Assembly (NCBI RefSeq): GCF_009914755.1
Contig: NC_060940.1
Origin: the human T2T-CHM13v2.0 reference genome, Homo sapiens
Reading direction: 5' to 3' (one strand)
DNA length: 64,000 bases
Shown one piece after another: positions 1 to 38,408 of the stretch. The stretch's first letter is position 1. Each line of letters opens with the position of its first letter. Made by a program: the position numbers and the translations under genes. The notes beneath the pieces were generated by a model, which was not told the DNA's origin, did no database searches, and saw only the letters and a program-made list of their open reading frames with translations.

Positions 1-110
1 AGGATGGCGGGGTGGGTCCCTTTTGCTGGGCTGGACTGTACATATGTTAATAGCGCAAACCCGACGCCACATTTTTATAATTGTGATTAAACTTTATTGT
101 ACAAAAGTGT
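1..110 (+). other. SETD1A: Terminal 3' UTR and poly(A) site of the upstream gene (probably SETD1A)
   Basis: ATTAAA at 86-91, upstream TGTA (37-40) and downstream GU/U-rich tract (107-128). Identity inferred only from recalled gene order upstream of HSD3B7; no coding sequence in the window. Confidence 0.7.
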
Positions 111-554
111 TTGGTCGGTGTATTTGGGCAGGAGCGAGGGGTTGGGGGTAGAGGGCACGGAGGGTTGTGCAAGTTGAAGAGAGGGAAAAGTGGGTACCTG
201 AAGTGTGGGGCAGGTAAAGGGGCCTTCAGGCAAGAGCCCAGACCTGCAGAGACAGTCCGAGACTGTCTCGGACCCCCTGACAGGCTGCAGCAGCCGCACC
301 CGCACCAGGAATACCCCACCAGTGCCCGCCAGGGTGGTGCCAAGGTCAGGCCTCCCCTTCCTACAATCACAGCTGCAGCTGGACCTCCGGCCTCCTGGGA
401 AGCCCAGCAGGAGGGAAGGCCTGAGGTCACACTGTGGGATGAGGTCACCGCTGGCTCCACCCACAGCCCCAGACCCCTTCAGCCCACTCTGCAAGTTCGA
501 GCTTCATCCCCACCAAGTTCTCCGCTGGACCCAGATGCCAGTGGAGCACAGAGC

Positions 555-571
555 GGCCGCCAGGGGGCGCC
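555..571 (+). promoter_or_regulatory. CTCF motif (forward) upstream of the HSD3B7 TSS
   Basis: GGCCGCCAGGGGGCGCC matches the CTCF core CC(A/G)(C/G)(C/T)AG(A/G)(G/T)GGCGC. Confidence 0.75.
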
Positions 572-639
572 TTGGGGCAAGAGTGGTGGGGGTTGTGGCT
601 GGGCGGGTCTCTGTTCCTGGAATGGGGCAGGAGGGAGAA

Positions 640-739
640 GGAGGAGCCAGCGGAAGGACGGTGTGCGGGCCGGCCAGCCCTGGACGAAAGAAGAGGGCCC
701 CTCCAGGCCAGTCTGGGCACCCTGGGATAGCGGCTGCAG
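640..739 (+). other. HSD3B7: HSD3B7 non-coding exon 1 (start approximate)
   Basis: Donor CAG|GTAGGC at 739/740; GC box GGGCGG at 601-606; next acceptor ...cttccccAG at 1093-1094. Confidence 0.6.
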
Positions 740-1037
740 GTAGGCAGAGGCGCTGCCAGTGCCCAGGTGGCCTTTCCCTCCATCCGGCCCTTCCCACCTT
801 CCTATAACCTTCCCTCCACCTCCCTCAACTCCTGGCCTCCCCACCCTTTTACTGCCTTCAAATCTCTCTCCCTAAACCCTGACCCCTTCCTGCACCCCAA
901 GCCCGCCCCTCTCTCCGTAACTCAGCCATCAGCAGGGGCAGACGGCAGGTGGCCTGGTTGCTGCAGCTCCCAGGATCAGCTCTGCCCTCCCGCCAAACGC
1001 CAGCCTCGTCACCGCTCCAGGGCACCTCCAGCAGTAA

Positions 1038-4103
<3,066 letters not shown>

Positions 4104-4569
4104 TGAGTCTGTGTTGTGTCCTGACACCTCCAAGTTCTAGGGCCGTCAGGACACGGGAGGGTTTGGGGACAGAGTGTCCTTCCTCTGTCCTCTCATCCCA
4201 GTCCTGATGGCCGCTTGGTGAGTGTCTGGTGCCCTGGTGGCCTGCCCCAGCTCTCTTCTGGCTTTCTGAGCAGGAAGCGAGCAGAGGCTCCACAGGCTTA
4301 CGCTGCTCTCCTGACAGCCACACGCGACCCTCGGTGCAGAGTGCAGAGGCGGCTCTGGTTCCTCCAGCCACCTCAGTCCCTCTTTGGGAGGTGATGTTCC
4401 CATTGTTTTTCAAAGGCCTCACCTTCAACTGTCTGTCTTAGAATTCCCCTCTGGAGGGCTATGGCCTCCCTATGCTTTCACTTCCCACCTCTCTACCTAA
4501 GTTCCTTCCCAGCACATCGCCAGCCCTGGGCCTGGGGATGTCCCCAATGCTGTACCTGGCTGACCCCGG

Positions 4570-4575
4570 ATTAAA
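4570..4575 (+). terminator. HSD3B7: HSD3B7 poly(A) signal ATTAAA
   Basis: ATTAAA with upstream TGTA (4551-4554) and downstream GT/CT-rich tract. Confidence 0.75.
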
Positions 4576-7002
4576 AGCCTCATCCACGACCGTGTCCATC
4601 TGTCTGTCCAGCTCTCCCTCCCATCCCCCCACCCCATGTCCGCCTCCCCACGGCGCCCATCCCACGTGGGGACAGAAGGAAGTGAGCACACGGCACACCC
4701 GCTGTTGGATTGGTTGCTATTTCTCCCGTCCCACAGGGCCTGACCTGGCCCAGGGTGGGGTGGGGGGCTCTGGGGACAGGACATGCAGGGAGGAAGGGGG
4801 GGGCAGGATTTTCCTGTGTTTTATCCATTTGCAAGTTGGTCACCAATAGAAATGGGACTCTGAGGGCTAACAGGAGAGGGCGGCCTGGCTCTGGGCCCCA
4901 GCCAGACCCCAGGAGTCCTGTCCCCTCTGAGAAGGGGAGGGAGAGAGCTCTAGAAACCAACGGAGAAACAGAGAAGGGGGCAGGGGCTCATGTCAGCAAA
5001 CACGGCTACATCACGTGACACGCCAGTGACACAGAAACACACGCCAACGCACACGGCTGCACAGCGGGCAGGGGCGGTTAGGGGAAAGGGAGCCGGGGCC
5101 ACCCATCTTGTCCTCTGCAGGGCGGGCTGGGGGGCAGGGTGAATGCATAGAACACATCATGTGTACACGCTCAGGGCGTGGCAAGAGCGTGCGTCGACCC
5201 ACGGGTACATGGGATGGACACGCAGTGTGCTTCATGAGGGGTGGGAACAGGGAGGAGGGGGAAGAGGAGCACTAAGCCCTGGCCAGGCCCGGGACCACCC
5301 GCAGGGCACACGTGGGGCACATGTGGGCTCAATGGTTGCAGGCGCCTGGGCAGGTAGCACACATCTGTCCAAGAACATGCAAAAGACACCAGCCTCCAGA
5401 CAACATGCCAGGACGCACACAGACAGCAGCCAACAAGCAGGCACATCATAGGATGTGGAGGACGCATAGAAAGGGCACAGCAGACCCTTAGAGATCCCCT
5501 GGTCCACCTGAGGCCCAGAGATGGGCAGCTGTGGGCCCAATGCCACTCCAGGTGGGGGGAGTGGTGCCCCAGCCACGCTTCAACCCTTCTCCTGTGGCCC
5601 CAAGGCCGTGGGACTTCCGGAAACACCTGGGCTGAATGGGGGTCCTGTCCAGGCGGCCGGAAGAGGGGACTGGGGGCTGGGGCCTGCTCTGATGTCTCCC
5701 AAGCAGCCCGAGATGGGAGCAGGAGGGCCGTGGCCAGACTTGGGGCAGACTTCCTGTCCTGCAGAGGGGCGTTCTGGGAAGGGACAGGCAGGCCCCCAGC
5801 TCAGGACAGCCCACCTGGGGTTACGCACGTGGCCACACTGACACACACACAGGACAAGGGAGAGCTCGGCTGTCTGAGCTCGGGTAGAGGTGGAGGGGTA
5901 CTGTGTTCTGGGAGGTCACATCTGTTTGGCCACATGCACACACAATGCACACACAATGTACACACACATACAATGCACACACACGTACGCTTCACATGAC
6001 CTGGGACCCTGGGGTCCGCACACACACACCGAGTGCCTTGCCTGTGCACACATAAGCCCCATGCCAGGGCATGGCACATTTGTGTACTTGTGTGTTCACC
6101 TTTCATGATCCTAGACCACGGAGTGGGGACCTCTAACACTGTCCTTTCTCCCACGCACCATCTACCTGCCACCAAACCCACAAATTGTGCCTGTGCTGGC
6201 TACACAACAGGGGAGGTGCTAGCCCCTTCCTCACACCAGAAATCCAGGCCTGTGTACCCCTCAGTCACACCCTGGTGTGGGGAGCAGCCTGAGGGTTCAG
6301 CAGGAGAGGTGTCGGGGATGGGTCTCAGGACCCAGCCCACCCTGAGTGGCCACTGCCACACTGGCCACTCCAGTACTTCTGAAATAGACATTTCCCCAAA
6401 CCCGAGTTCCCTGAGGCAGAGCCCAGAGCATCCGATGGGGCAGTGGGGGACACACAGTCCTCTCCCAGGTCTGAGGTGGGTGTGTGAGGAAGGGGTCGTG
6501 TCCTGATCTTTGATCCCTGCAGGGAAGTCCTTGGCATCTTGCCTCATCAGTAACATTCCTACAAGTAGCCCTTTCCTTCCAGGAGGCATTCGTGTGATCC
6601 CCGCACCCATGCCAGCGTGCATGGTTTGTGCCTGGTATGGCCCCTGCCTGGGGCCACCTCGGCCTTGCCACGTGTGAGCACACTGAGGGGTACCAGCTTC
6701 CAGGGGCTCGGGGCTATGCTGGGCAGAGACATGGAGGAAGATGAGGATCTAGGTGTGAGCGTGCAGAGCCCTGAGGCTGGGCAGGCAGGGAGCTCTGCCT
6801 GCACAATGATGTAGCCATGTGTGGCCACACCAGCACTGGGCAGCACCTCTGGGGAGGGGGGCAGGGCAAGGACAACTGGAGAGACAAAGCCAGATGGGGC
6901 CACGTCCTTAGAAGTGTGTGTGCACGCACATGTGTGTGTGTGTGTGTGTAATACGCAGGGCAGAAACACACCATGTAGGTCAGGCAGGACAGAAACACAT
7001 CA

Positions 7003-7326
<324 letters not shown>

Positions 7327-7508
7327 GCACACCATGTAGAGAGCCCCTAACACACACACACACGTGCATACACACGCACGCCACACACACACAGCTGCAT
7401 TCTAGGTAGCAAGAAATACACATTTCTGTGCCCTCCCAAAACAGGTGTCCAGTCCACAGTGTGGAGGGCTCTATCTGAGAAGACCTATCAATACTTCAGG
7501 CACATCCT

Positions 7509-7510
<2 letters not shown>

Positions 7511-7541
<31 letters not shown>
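7511..7541. repeat. (AC)15 microsatellite, (UG)n in the STX1B mRNA
   Basis: Seen directly; further CA runs at 7349-7392 and TG run at 6931-6948. Confidence 0.9.
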
Positions 7542-7543
<2 letters not shown>

Positions 7544-8257
7544 CACACCCTCCTGGGACATGCCACAGCCCCTGGGGTAACAAAGACATGGGGTGTCTGC
7601 CATGGCCTGTGTGTACCTGGGCCTCCCTGGATCCTCTGAGAATGTGAGTGTGAGTCCACACACACCACCTGCCTGGTTTGTAGCAGACACAAAGGGCTCA
7701 GGTATCAGTGGCTTTGTTGCTGTTGCATTAGGTTCAAACACTGAAACACAAAATTCCACGTACACAAATGGTGTGTCCACAGATCTGTGGTCTCACGCAC
7801 GCACACACACTGTTCACAGAGGACAGAGAGGGCGTGATGGACTGCTGTGTTACACTTGGCTGCAGTCTACACAACAGCCCCGGTGAAGGGGGAAGCTCAG
7901 ACCACGCACACACACCCAAGGTGGGGGTGGAGGGGGTGCTCTGGTGCATCACACACATCACACGCACACGCACGCTGGGGTGTCCACACGTCTCGAGCAT
8001 GTGCCGGCGGCATGCATGTTGGTGTGCATGTGTAATCACGCCTGCTGCGATCTACGTGCGGGGACGGGGGGGGGGGGTCCATGGCCCGGTGAGGTCCAGG
8101 GACACCAGGGTCTGCCGTGGGGGTGGAGGAGGGGTGGGGCTGCCTGGGTCTGTTTTGGGAGTGAGCCTGGAGCAGGGGATGGAGTGAAAGGGGTGGTGGG
8201 GGTATTGCTCCCGATGTGGTGGGGGAAGGGTCTGGGAGAGAGAAGGGTGGGGGGGGC

Positions 8258-25829
<17,572 letters not shown>

Positions 25830-25841
<12 letters not shown>

Positions 25842-26500
25842 CCTGCGACGGCTCCTCCTCCTCCTCCTAGTCCTCCTGCCTCTGCTGCTGCTCCGGGTCT
25901 CCCGCCTCTGTGCCGGAGGCCGGGGTCTGGGGGCGCCGGGGGGCGCCGCGGCCGCTGCGGGGGGCCTGCGGGCGGGGGCGGGGCCGGGGGCGACTGGCCG
26001 AGGGCCGGGCAGGGGCAGGGGCCTGGGCCGGGCTCGGCTCTGCCGGGCTGCGGTGGCGATGCGGCTGCGGCACAGGGTAGGATGGAGGGATGCGGGAGCC
26101 GAGCGCGGGGGAGGGGGGCGGAGGGAGGTGAGGAGGAAGCGAGGGCGGGGGGAGCGGGAGCGCGCAAGGAGCAGGGGGCATGCGCAGCACCCGGGCCGGG
26201 GGCGCCTGGGGGTTGTAGTCACGGGCTTGGGGGACACCCGAGGAGGGGGCGGGAGAGGCCTGGAGGCGGGTGGGGGTGGGCAGAGCCCGAGGAGCAGGGA
26301 GAGATGCGGAGAGCCAAGCGGAGATGCTAGGGTGGCCCGGGGGGTGGGGTGGCCCGGCGGAAAGAGGGGGTGACGGAATGAATTCAGGGAATAACCTGGG
26401 AGCCAGGATGTGGATCCCTTTCCAGGAGACACAGATCGCGGCTGTGTTTTGTGTCTGGTGTCTGCGTGAGGCTGCGCGCCGACCACCTCTGGGTGCGAGC
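25830..26500 (-). promoter_or_regulatory. STX1B: STX1B CpG-island promoter and 5' UTR
   Basis: Very GC/CpG-rich, several GGGGCGGGG boxes, GCATGCGC (NRF1-like) at 26178-26185, directly 5' of the ATG. Confidence 0.85.
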
Positions 26501-26533
26501 CCATGTGTGTTCTTGCAGGAGGCTCTTTGGACA

Positions 26534-26543
26534 CTATAAATAG
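26534..26543. promoter_or_regulatory. Perfect MEF2 site CTATAAATAG (also TATA-like)
   Basis: Exact CTA(A/T)4TAG about 0.7 kb upstream of the STX1B ATG. Confidence 0.55.
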
Positions 26544-27272
26544 AAAGACCGACCCTCTGTGTGGTTTTTACGATGCAGGGAACCAGCCAGGTGCTTGCTG
26601 AGAAGGACACGGGGCTTGTGTTGCACAGCCTGGGCCTCTCCCGCCGCGGTGGGTCTCGGAGCTCTGCTTGTCTGCCTCCAGGGACAGGGTGCTCACTACC
26701 TCCCAGGACCTCTTGGCCCATCTGCAGATGGCTCTGACTGTTGAACATGAAATTTGTCCTTAGTGGGAGGGGAAATCAGGTGCCCCTGAGGGTCTGAGTG
26801 ACCTCCTGTTCTGATGCCCACCTCTCCTCTCCCCATCCTTACACCACACCAGCTCCTCCCACCCCCTGCAATGGGGCGCCGGTCCCCAATGGGACAGGTC
26901 TTGACTCTCAATCGATCCTCCTGCCTCAGCCTCCCAAAGTGCTGGGATTCCATGCCTGGGCCACCGCACCCGGCATTCTCTTGCCAGGTACCCAGTGACC
27001 TCCTTGGTGCCAAATCTGTGTCTGATAAACCCTCATCCCACACCGCCAGTCGGGCCTTACCATCCCTGACCTCTCAGCAGCATGTGACCCTGATGAGCCC
27101 CTCTTCCTGAAACCCTCCTGTCTGTGGTGCTCCGCCCACCTACCCCCCAACCTGATCTGTGAGTGTTGTCTCCCAGCCTCTTTCCAGGTCCTTACCTTTT
27201 TTCCCACAGCCCTTCAACCTCAGGGTTCCCTGGGCTCCGTCCATTCTCTCTTTTTTTTTTTTTTTGAGTTAG

Positions 27273-27371
<99 letters not shown>

Positions 27372-27374
27372 TGA

Positions 27375-27629
<255 letters not shown>

Positions 27630-28193
27630 TAAGACAGCCCCTACTATATGCCTAAGCTCTGAGCTGGGCACCAAGAAGACAGAGATTGAAGATGCCACCA
27701 GAGCCATGAGTAGATCCATGACTACAGTGGGCATGGCTAGCGCTGACGTGGGGACCTCAAGGAGGTGGCTGTCCCCAAAGTGTTCCTTCCTGTGTTCTCC
27801 CTCAGAGATGGCGTCATCTCCATCCACCCAGCCACTCAAAGCACAGAAAGCTGTCCTTGCCTCCCCGCCATTATAATGCCAGCACGTTCTGGGCATCCAA
27901 CGTGTTGCATTCACTATGCTGGTAGCTCCCAGAAACCTCCCAACCTCACAGTAGCCACTGCTAAGATCCCAAGTGTATAGACAAGGACACTGAGGCTTTG
28001 CATGGTCACATAACATATCCAAGTTCACAAGGTTAATAAAGGGCAGGGCTGGGGTCTTGTTTGCTTTTTTTTTTTTTTTTTCCAGAGACAGGGTCTCACT
28101 CTGTTCCCCAGGCTGGAGTGCAGTGGTGCAATCACACCTCACAGCAGCCTTGACCTCCTGGGCTCAAGCAATCCTCCCATCTCAGCCTCCTGA

Positions 28194-28544
<351 letters not shown>

Positions 28545-28690
28545 TAATTTAACTTTCTTTTTTTCTTTTTTTTGCAGAGACGAGATTGGTCCTAGCCTCC
28601 TGGGCTCTCACCTCGGCTTCCCAAGTGCTGGTATTATAGGCATAAGCCACTGTGTCTGACCTTGTTTGTATCTTTTGATTGCAAAGCCCA

Positions 28691-28964
28691 TTCTTCTTTT
28701 CTTCTTTCTTCTTCTTCTTCTTCTTCTTCTTCTTCTTCTTCTTCTTCTTCTTCTTCTTCCTCTTCCTCTTCCTCTTCCTCTTCTTTCTTCTTCTTCTTCT
28801 TCTTCTTCTTCTTCTTCTTCTTCTTCTTCTTTTCTTCTTCTTCTTCTTCCTCTTCCTCTTCTTCCTCTTCCTCTTCTTCCTCTTCCTCTTCTTCTTCTTC
28901 CTTCTCTTTCTTCTTTCTTTTTTCCTTCTCCTTCTCCTTCTTCTTCTTCTTCTTCTTCTTTTTT
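28691..28964. repeat. 274-bp homopyrimidine (TTC)n/(TTCCTC)n tract
   Basis: No purine on the + strand from 28691 to 28964; (TTC)18 at 28706-28759 and (TTC)15 at 28785-28829; abuts the tail of an antisense Alu fragment. Confidence 0.95.
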
Positions 28965-29441
28965 AAGAGATGGGGTCTTACTCTGTTGCCCAGCCTGGAC
29001 TCAAACTCCTGGGCTCAGTCTTCCTACCTCATCCTCCTGAGTGGCTGGGACTACAGGGGCACACCACTGCACCTGGCTCACAACCCATTCTTGTAAAAGC
29101 ATGCTCTTATAGCTCCTCTCTCAACTGTGACACCCAGAGCCGTCTCTAGGCCCTCTCCTGTCCCCACCACCTCAGGTCAGTCTAGGCCCTCACTGTCTTT
29201 CACCTGGGCCGTCAGCACAGCCTTCTCTCTCTGGTCTTCCCACTTGAACAAAGCCCCTTTCCTTTACATATGTCTTCCTCCCCAGTCCTTAATGTGATTG
29301 CCCCCAAAACAAATGTGACCTGCCGGGCGCAGTGGCTCATGCCTGTAATCCTAGCACTTTGGGAGGCTGAGGCAGGTGGATCACCTGAGGTGGGGAGTTC
29401 GAGACCAGCCTGACCAACGTGGAGAAACCCTGTCTCTACTA

Positions 29442-29600
<159 letters not shown>

Positions 29601-30138
29601 TCAAAAATACATAAATAAATACATAAAAATAAAAAATAAAAATATAAAAATTAGCCAGGTGTGGTAGCATGTGCCTGTAATCCCAGCTACTCTGGGGGCT
29701 GAGGCAACAAGTATGGTTGAACCTGGGAGGCGGAGGTTGGAGTGAGCCAAGATCGTGCCACTGCACTCCAGCCTGGGAGACAGAGCAAGACTCTGTCTCA
29801 AAAACAAACAAACAAAAAAATCAGAATGAATAAATGGCATATTCCTGCACCCGTTTTACCCAGGCATAAAGAACAAAGCAAACTGTGAAGGCAGGGAGTT
29901 TTGTCTGTTGTGTGTTCACTGCTGGTTCTCCAGTGGCTCCACGGCACCTGGCACATGGTAGGCGCTCAGTAATTATGTGTTATAGGAATGAATGAGTGAA
30001 TGGCGCACCACTCAAATCTGTCTGCAGCTCTAAAGATGGACACAGGCACACACATATGGCAATTCCTCTCACTGATCAGTGATTTCAAGCTCATTACATT
30101 CATGACCACTTATGGGCTACCCAAAGTGAGTCATCTGA

Positions 30139-30507
<369 letters not shown>

Positions 30508-30783
30508 TGATATAACCAGGCCAGCCCCTGATCAGAAAATTTCCCTGGTTTCCCATTGCTTATGGGGTAAAGCCCCAATTTCCTAACCTGGCTTTCCACT
30601 TTAGGGCATGCCACCTATTCCCACGCACCTTCTACTCCTATCCCGTTATTCCCTGCATTTTTATATCTCCATGCCTTTCCTCGTGTCATTCTTGTCCCCT
30701 GGAACTCCCTTCCCTCTAACATCCCCAAGCCCACCTCCTGCTCTTCTATCAAAGTTCAACTACGGTGTCTTTCTTGGCCCTCC

Positions 30784-31937
<1,154 letters not shown>

Positions 31938-32127
31938 AAGCCTATTTTTTTTTTTTTCAAGACAGCGTCTCACTCCATCACCCAGGCTGGAGTGCAGTGG
32001 CGCCATCTTGGTTCACTGCAACTCCACCTCCTGGGTTCAAGTGATTCTCTTGCCTCAGCCTCCCCAGTAGCTGGGATTATAGGCACGCACCACCACGCCT
32101 GGCTAATTTTTTTTTTCTTTTTTTTGA

Positions 32128-32235
<108 letters not shown>

Positions 32236-32334
32236 TAGCTGGGATTACAGGAACGCACCACCATGCCTGGCTAATTTTTATTATTTATTTTATCTTATTT
32301 TATTTATTTTATTTTATTTTATTTTATTTTTTGA

Positions 32335-32617
<283 letters not shown>

Positions 32618-32857
32618 TAGCTGGGACTACAGGCGCCCGTCACCGCGCCCGGCTAATTTTTTTTGTATTTTTAGTAGAGACGGGGTTTCACCGTGGTCTC
32701 GAGCTCCTGACCTCGTGATCCACCCGCCTCGGCCTCCCAAAGTGCTAATTTTTTTTTCTTTTTTTTTTTTGAGATGGAGTCTGGCTCTGTCACCCAGGCT
32801 GGAGTGCAGTGGCGTGATCTTGGCTGACTGCAACCTCTGGTTCCCAGGTTCAAGTGA

Positions 32858-33347
<490 letters not shown>

Positions 33348-34585
33348 TGAGCCAAGATCACATCACTGCACTCCAGCCTGGGTGACAGAGCAAGACTCTA
33401 TCTCAAGAAAACACACACACAAAAATATGAATGCAGCTGGGGTGGAGCACAAACATTGAACCCCTAACAGAATACCATGATCAAACTTTCATTTTGCAAA
33501 GATCCTGCTGGTGGCCGTGTGCGGGACCACCACAGATGGCTGTGCCAGAGTGCACTACGTGAAGCAGTACGCCCCAGAAGCACTGCTCACATCCCAGACA
33601 TCATGTATTTGAATATTTATTATAACAATTATCTGACAGGTGGAGGTACAGTGTCATGAGGAAAGAATGCCTTTAACTAATTTCCACCAAGGTGCAGTCA
33701 AGTTGGCAGTAGCTCTGGCTCTGTGAAGGTTGATGGGGAGATCAGTTAGGAATCACCCAGGCCAAAAATAATGAGGCCTGCACCGAGGCCTAAAGGTGGG
33801 GATGGAACATCCATTACACAGGTGTGTCATGGGGGGAAATTTGTCAGACACGATTGCAGATTGGAACAGGTGATGAAGGAGGGAGGAGGGTCCTAGATCA
33901 CTCCTGGGTCTCTTGCTGTTACTGTATGTGGAGTAAGTTTGATGGAATAAGAGAAAGATCTTGGCTGGGCGTGGTGGCTCATGCCTGTAATCCCAGCACT
34001 TTGGGAGGCCGAGGTGGGCAGATCACATGGTCAGGAGTTCGAGACCAACCTGTTCAGCATGGTGTAATCCCGTCTCTACTAAAAATACAAAAATTAGCCA
34101 GGCATGATGGTGCGAACCTGTAATCTTAGCTACTCAGGAGGCCGAGGCAGGAGAATCACTTGAACCCGGAGGCAGAGGTTGCAGTGAGCTGAGATTATGC
34201 CACTGCACTCCAGCCTGGGCAACAAGCGAGACTCCATCTCAAAAAAAAAAAGTGAAAGATCTTGAAATACATTGCCTTTATAAATCTTACCAGCAAACTA
34301 CTAGGAAATGTAAAAATGCCATTTATAGAAATCTATAGTACCTGGCAGGGTGCAGTGGCTCACACCTGTAATCCCAGAACTTTGGGAGGCTGAGTTAGGA
34401 GGATCACTTGAGGCCAGAATTTCAAGACAAGCCTGGGGAACATAGCAAGACCCTGTCTCTAAGGAAAAAATTTAATTAGTTAAAAAAAAATCGCTGGGCA
34501 CGGTGGCTCACACCTATAATCCCAGGACTTTGGGAGGCCAAGGCGGGCGGATCACCAGGTCAGGAGATCGAGACCATCCTGGCTA

Positions 34586-34859
<274 letters not shown>

Positions 34860-35498
34860 TTAAATTTTATTGAAAGACTTTAGAGAAGTCCTTTTTTGAA
34901 ACAGGATCTCACTTTGTCGCCCAGGCTGGAGTTCAGTGGCACAATCAGGACTCTCTGCTCTGCAGCCTTGCGCTCGCGGGCTCAAGTGATCCTCCCACCT
35001 CAGCCCCCTGAGTAGCTGAGACTACAGGAACATGCCACCATGCCGAGTAATTTTAAAATTTTTTGTAGAGACATTATGCTGCCCAAGCTGGTCTCAAACT
35101 CCTGGCCTCAAGCAATTCTCCCGCCTTGGCCTCCCAAGGCACTAGAATTACAGATGTGAGCCACTGCACCCTGCCCAGATGAACACTTGCTTTGCTCACC
35201 ACTGTGTCTCTATGTAGCATCAGAGCATCGTCCTGGTACAAAGAGTGGGGCCTGAATAAAGATTTACTGGTTAATGGATGGATAGGTCAAATGGGTATTC
35301 ATTCTTTTGTTCCTGAGCACAACAGGTGTAATAGGTCCTGTGCCAGGTGGCACGGGGAGGCAGAGATTAGTCAAATGGGGGCCAGGTGCGGTGGCTCACA
35401 CCTATAATCCCAGCACTTTGGGAGGCCGAGGCGGGCAGATCACCTGAGTGCTTCTCGAGTGGCTGGGATTGCAGGCACACACTACCATACCCAGCTAA

Positions 35499-36285
<787 letters not shown>

Positions 36286-36292
36286 TAGTTAA

Positions 36293-36580
<288 letters not shown>

Positions 36581-36876
36581 TAGGCTGGTCTCGAACTCCT
36601 GACCTTGTGATCTGCCCACCTCGGCCTCCCAAAGTGCTGGAATTACAGGCATGAGCCTCCACGCCCGACCAACATTCTTTCTTTACCATTATTTATTTAA
36701 TATATTTTTTCAAATAGGTAGTACTTTCACATAGTACAAAAATCTAAATATTACCAAAAGGGTTCAGTGAAATTCTTACTCTAACAGCTCTACTAGCCAC
36801 TTTGTTCCCATGAACCACACCTACGGAACCACTTTTATTAGTTTCTTATAAACCTTCCAGAATTTCTTTATGCAGA

Positions 36877-37738
<862 letters not shown>

Positions 37739-37969
37739 TAGATACAAGCACACACACACACACACACACACAATTTTTTTCTTACATAACAGTAAGCATG
37801 ATACACTTATTCTACACTTTGATATTCAATGAACAAATATTTCATATCTATGCAAAATGAAGTTTCTAATTCTTTTTGACAGCTCTGTACCTGCTGATGG
37901 ACAAGTTATGATTATTGCAAATACTGGGTGAATTACATTGGATGGGTCATTTCATACATGCGCAGACGT

Positions 37970-38408
37970 GTTGAATTAAAATTCTATTTCCCCAACCTTT
38001 GAAGTTGGTGTGGACTTGAGACTTGCTTTGGCTAACAGAATGTGGTAGAAGTCATGTGCAAATTCTGAGCAAGGCCTCAAGATTTTGTTACTGTTTCCAC
38101 TTTCACTTTCCTGGAAGTCTAAGGCCATTACGCTAAGAAGAAACCCAGGATGAAATGTAACATGCTGGGAGTGGCTCAACTGTTCCTGCCAACCTAGTCA
38201 TCAGAGCTAGGATAGCAGACAACAGGTGAGTGAGTCCATCTTGGGCCATCCAGCCCCAGCCGCGGTGCCAGCTGACTGCAGTCACTTATATAATACAAGC
38301 CACCCAGCTCCTCTCAGAATCTGGAGAAACAATACATTGTTGTTTATCTCGGTAAGAAAACTCAAGGTTTGGGAGTGGTTTTTTACCCAAGAGTAGCTAA
38401 CTGATAAA
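37970..38408 (+). mobile_element. MLT1-type MaLR LTR
   Basis: GACTTGCTTTGGCTAACAGAATGTGGTAGAAGT; 3' end TAGCTAACTGATA. Confidence 0.65.

Noticed and set aside
28662-29096. Poly-Ser/Phe/Leu ORFs
   Set aside because: Translations of the TTC repeat
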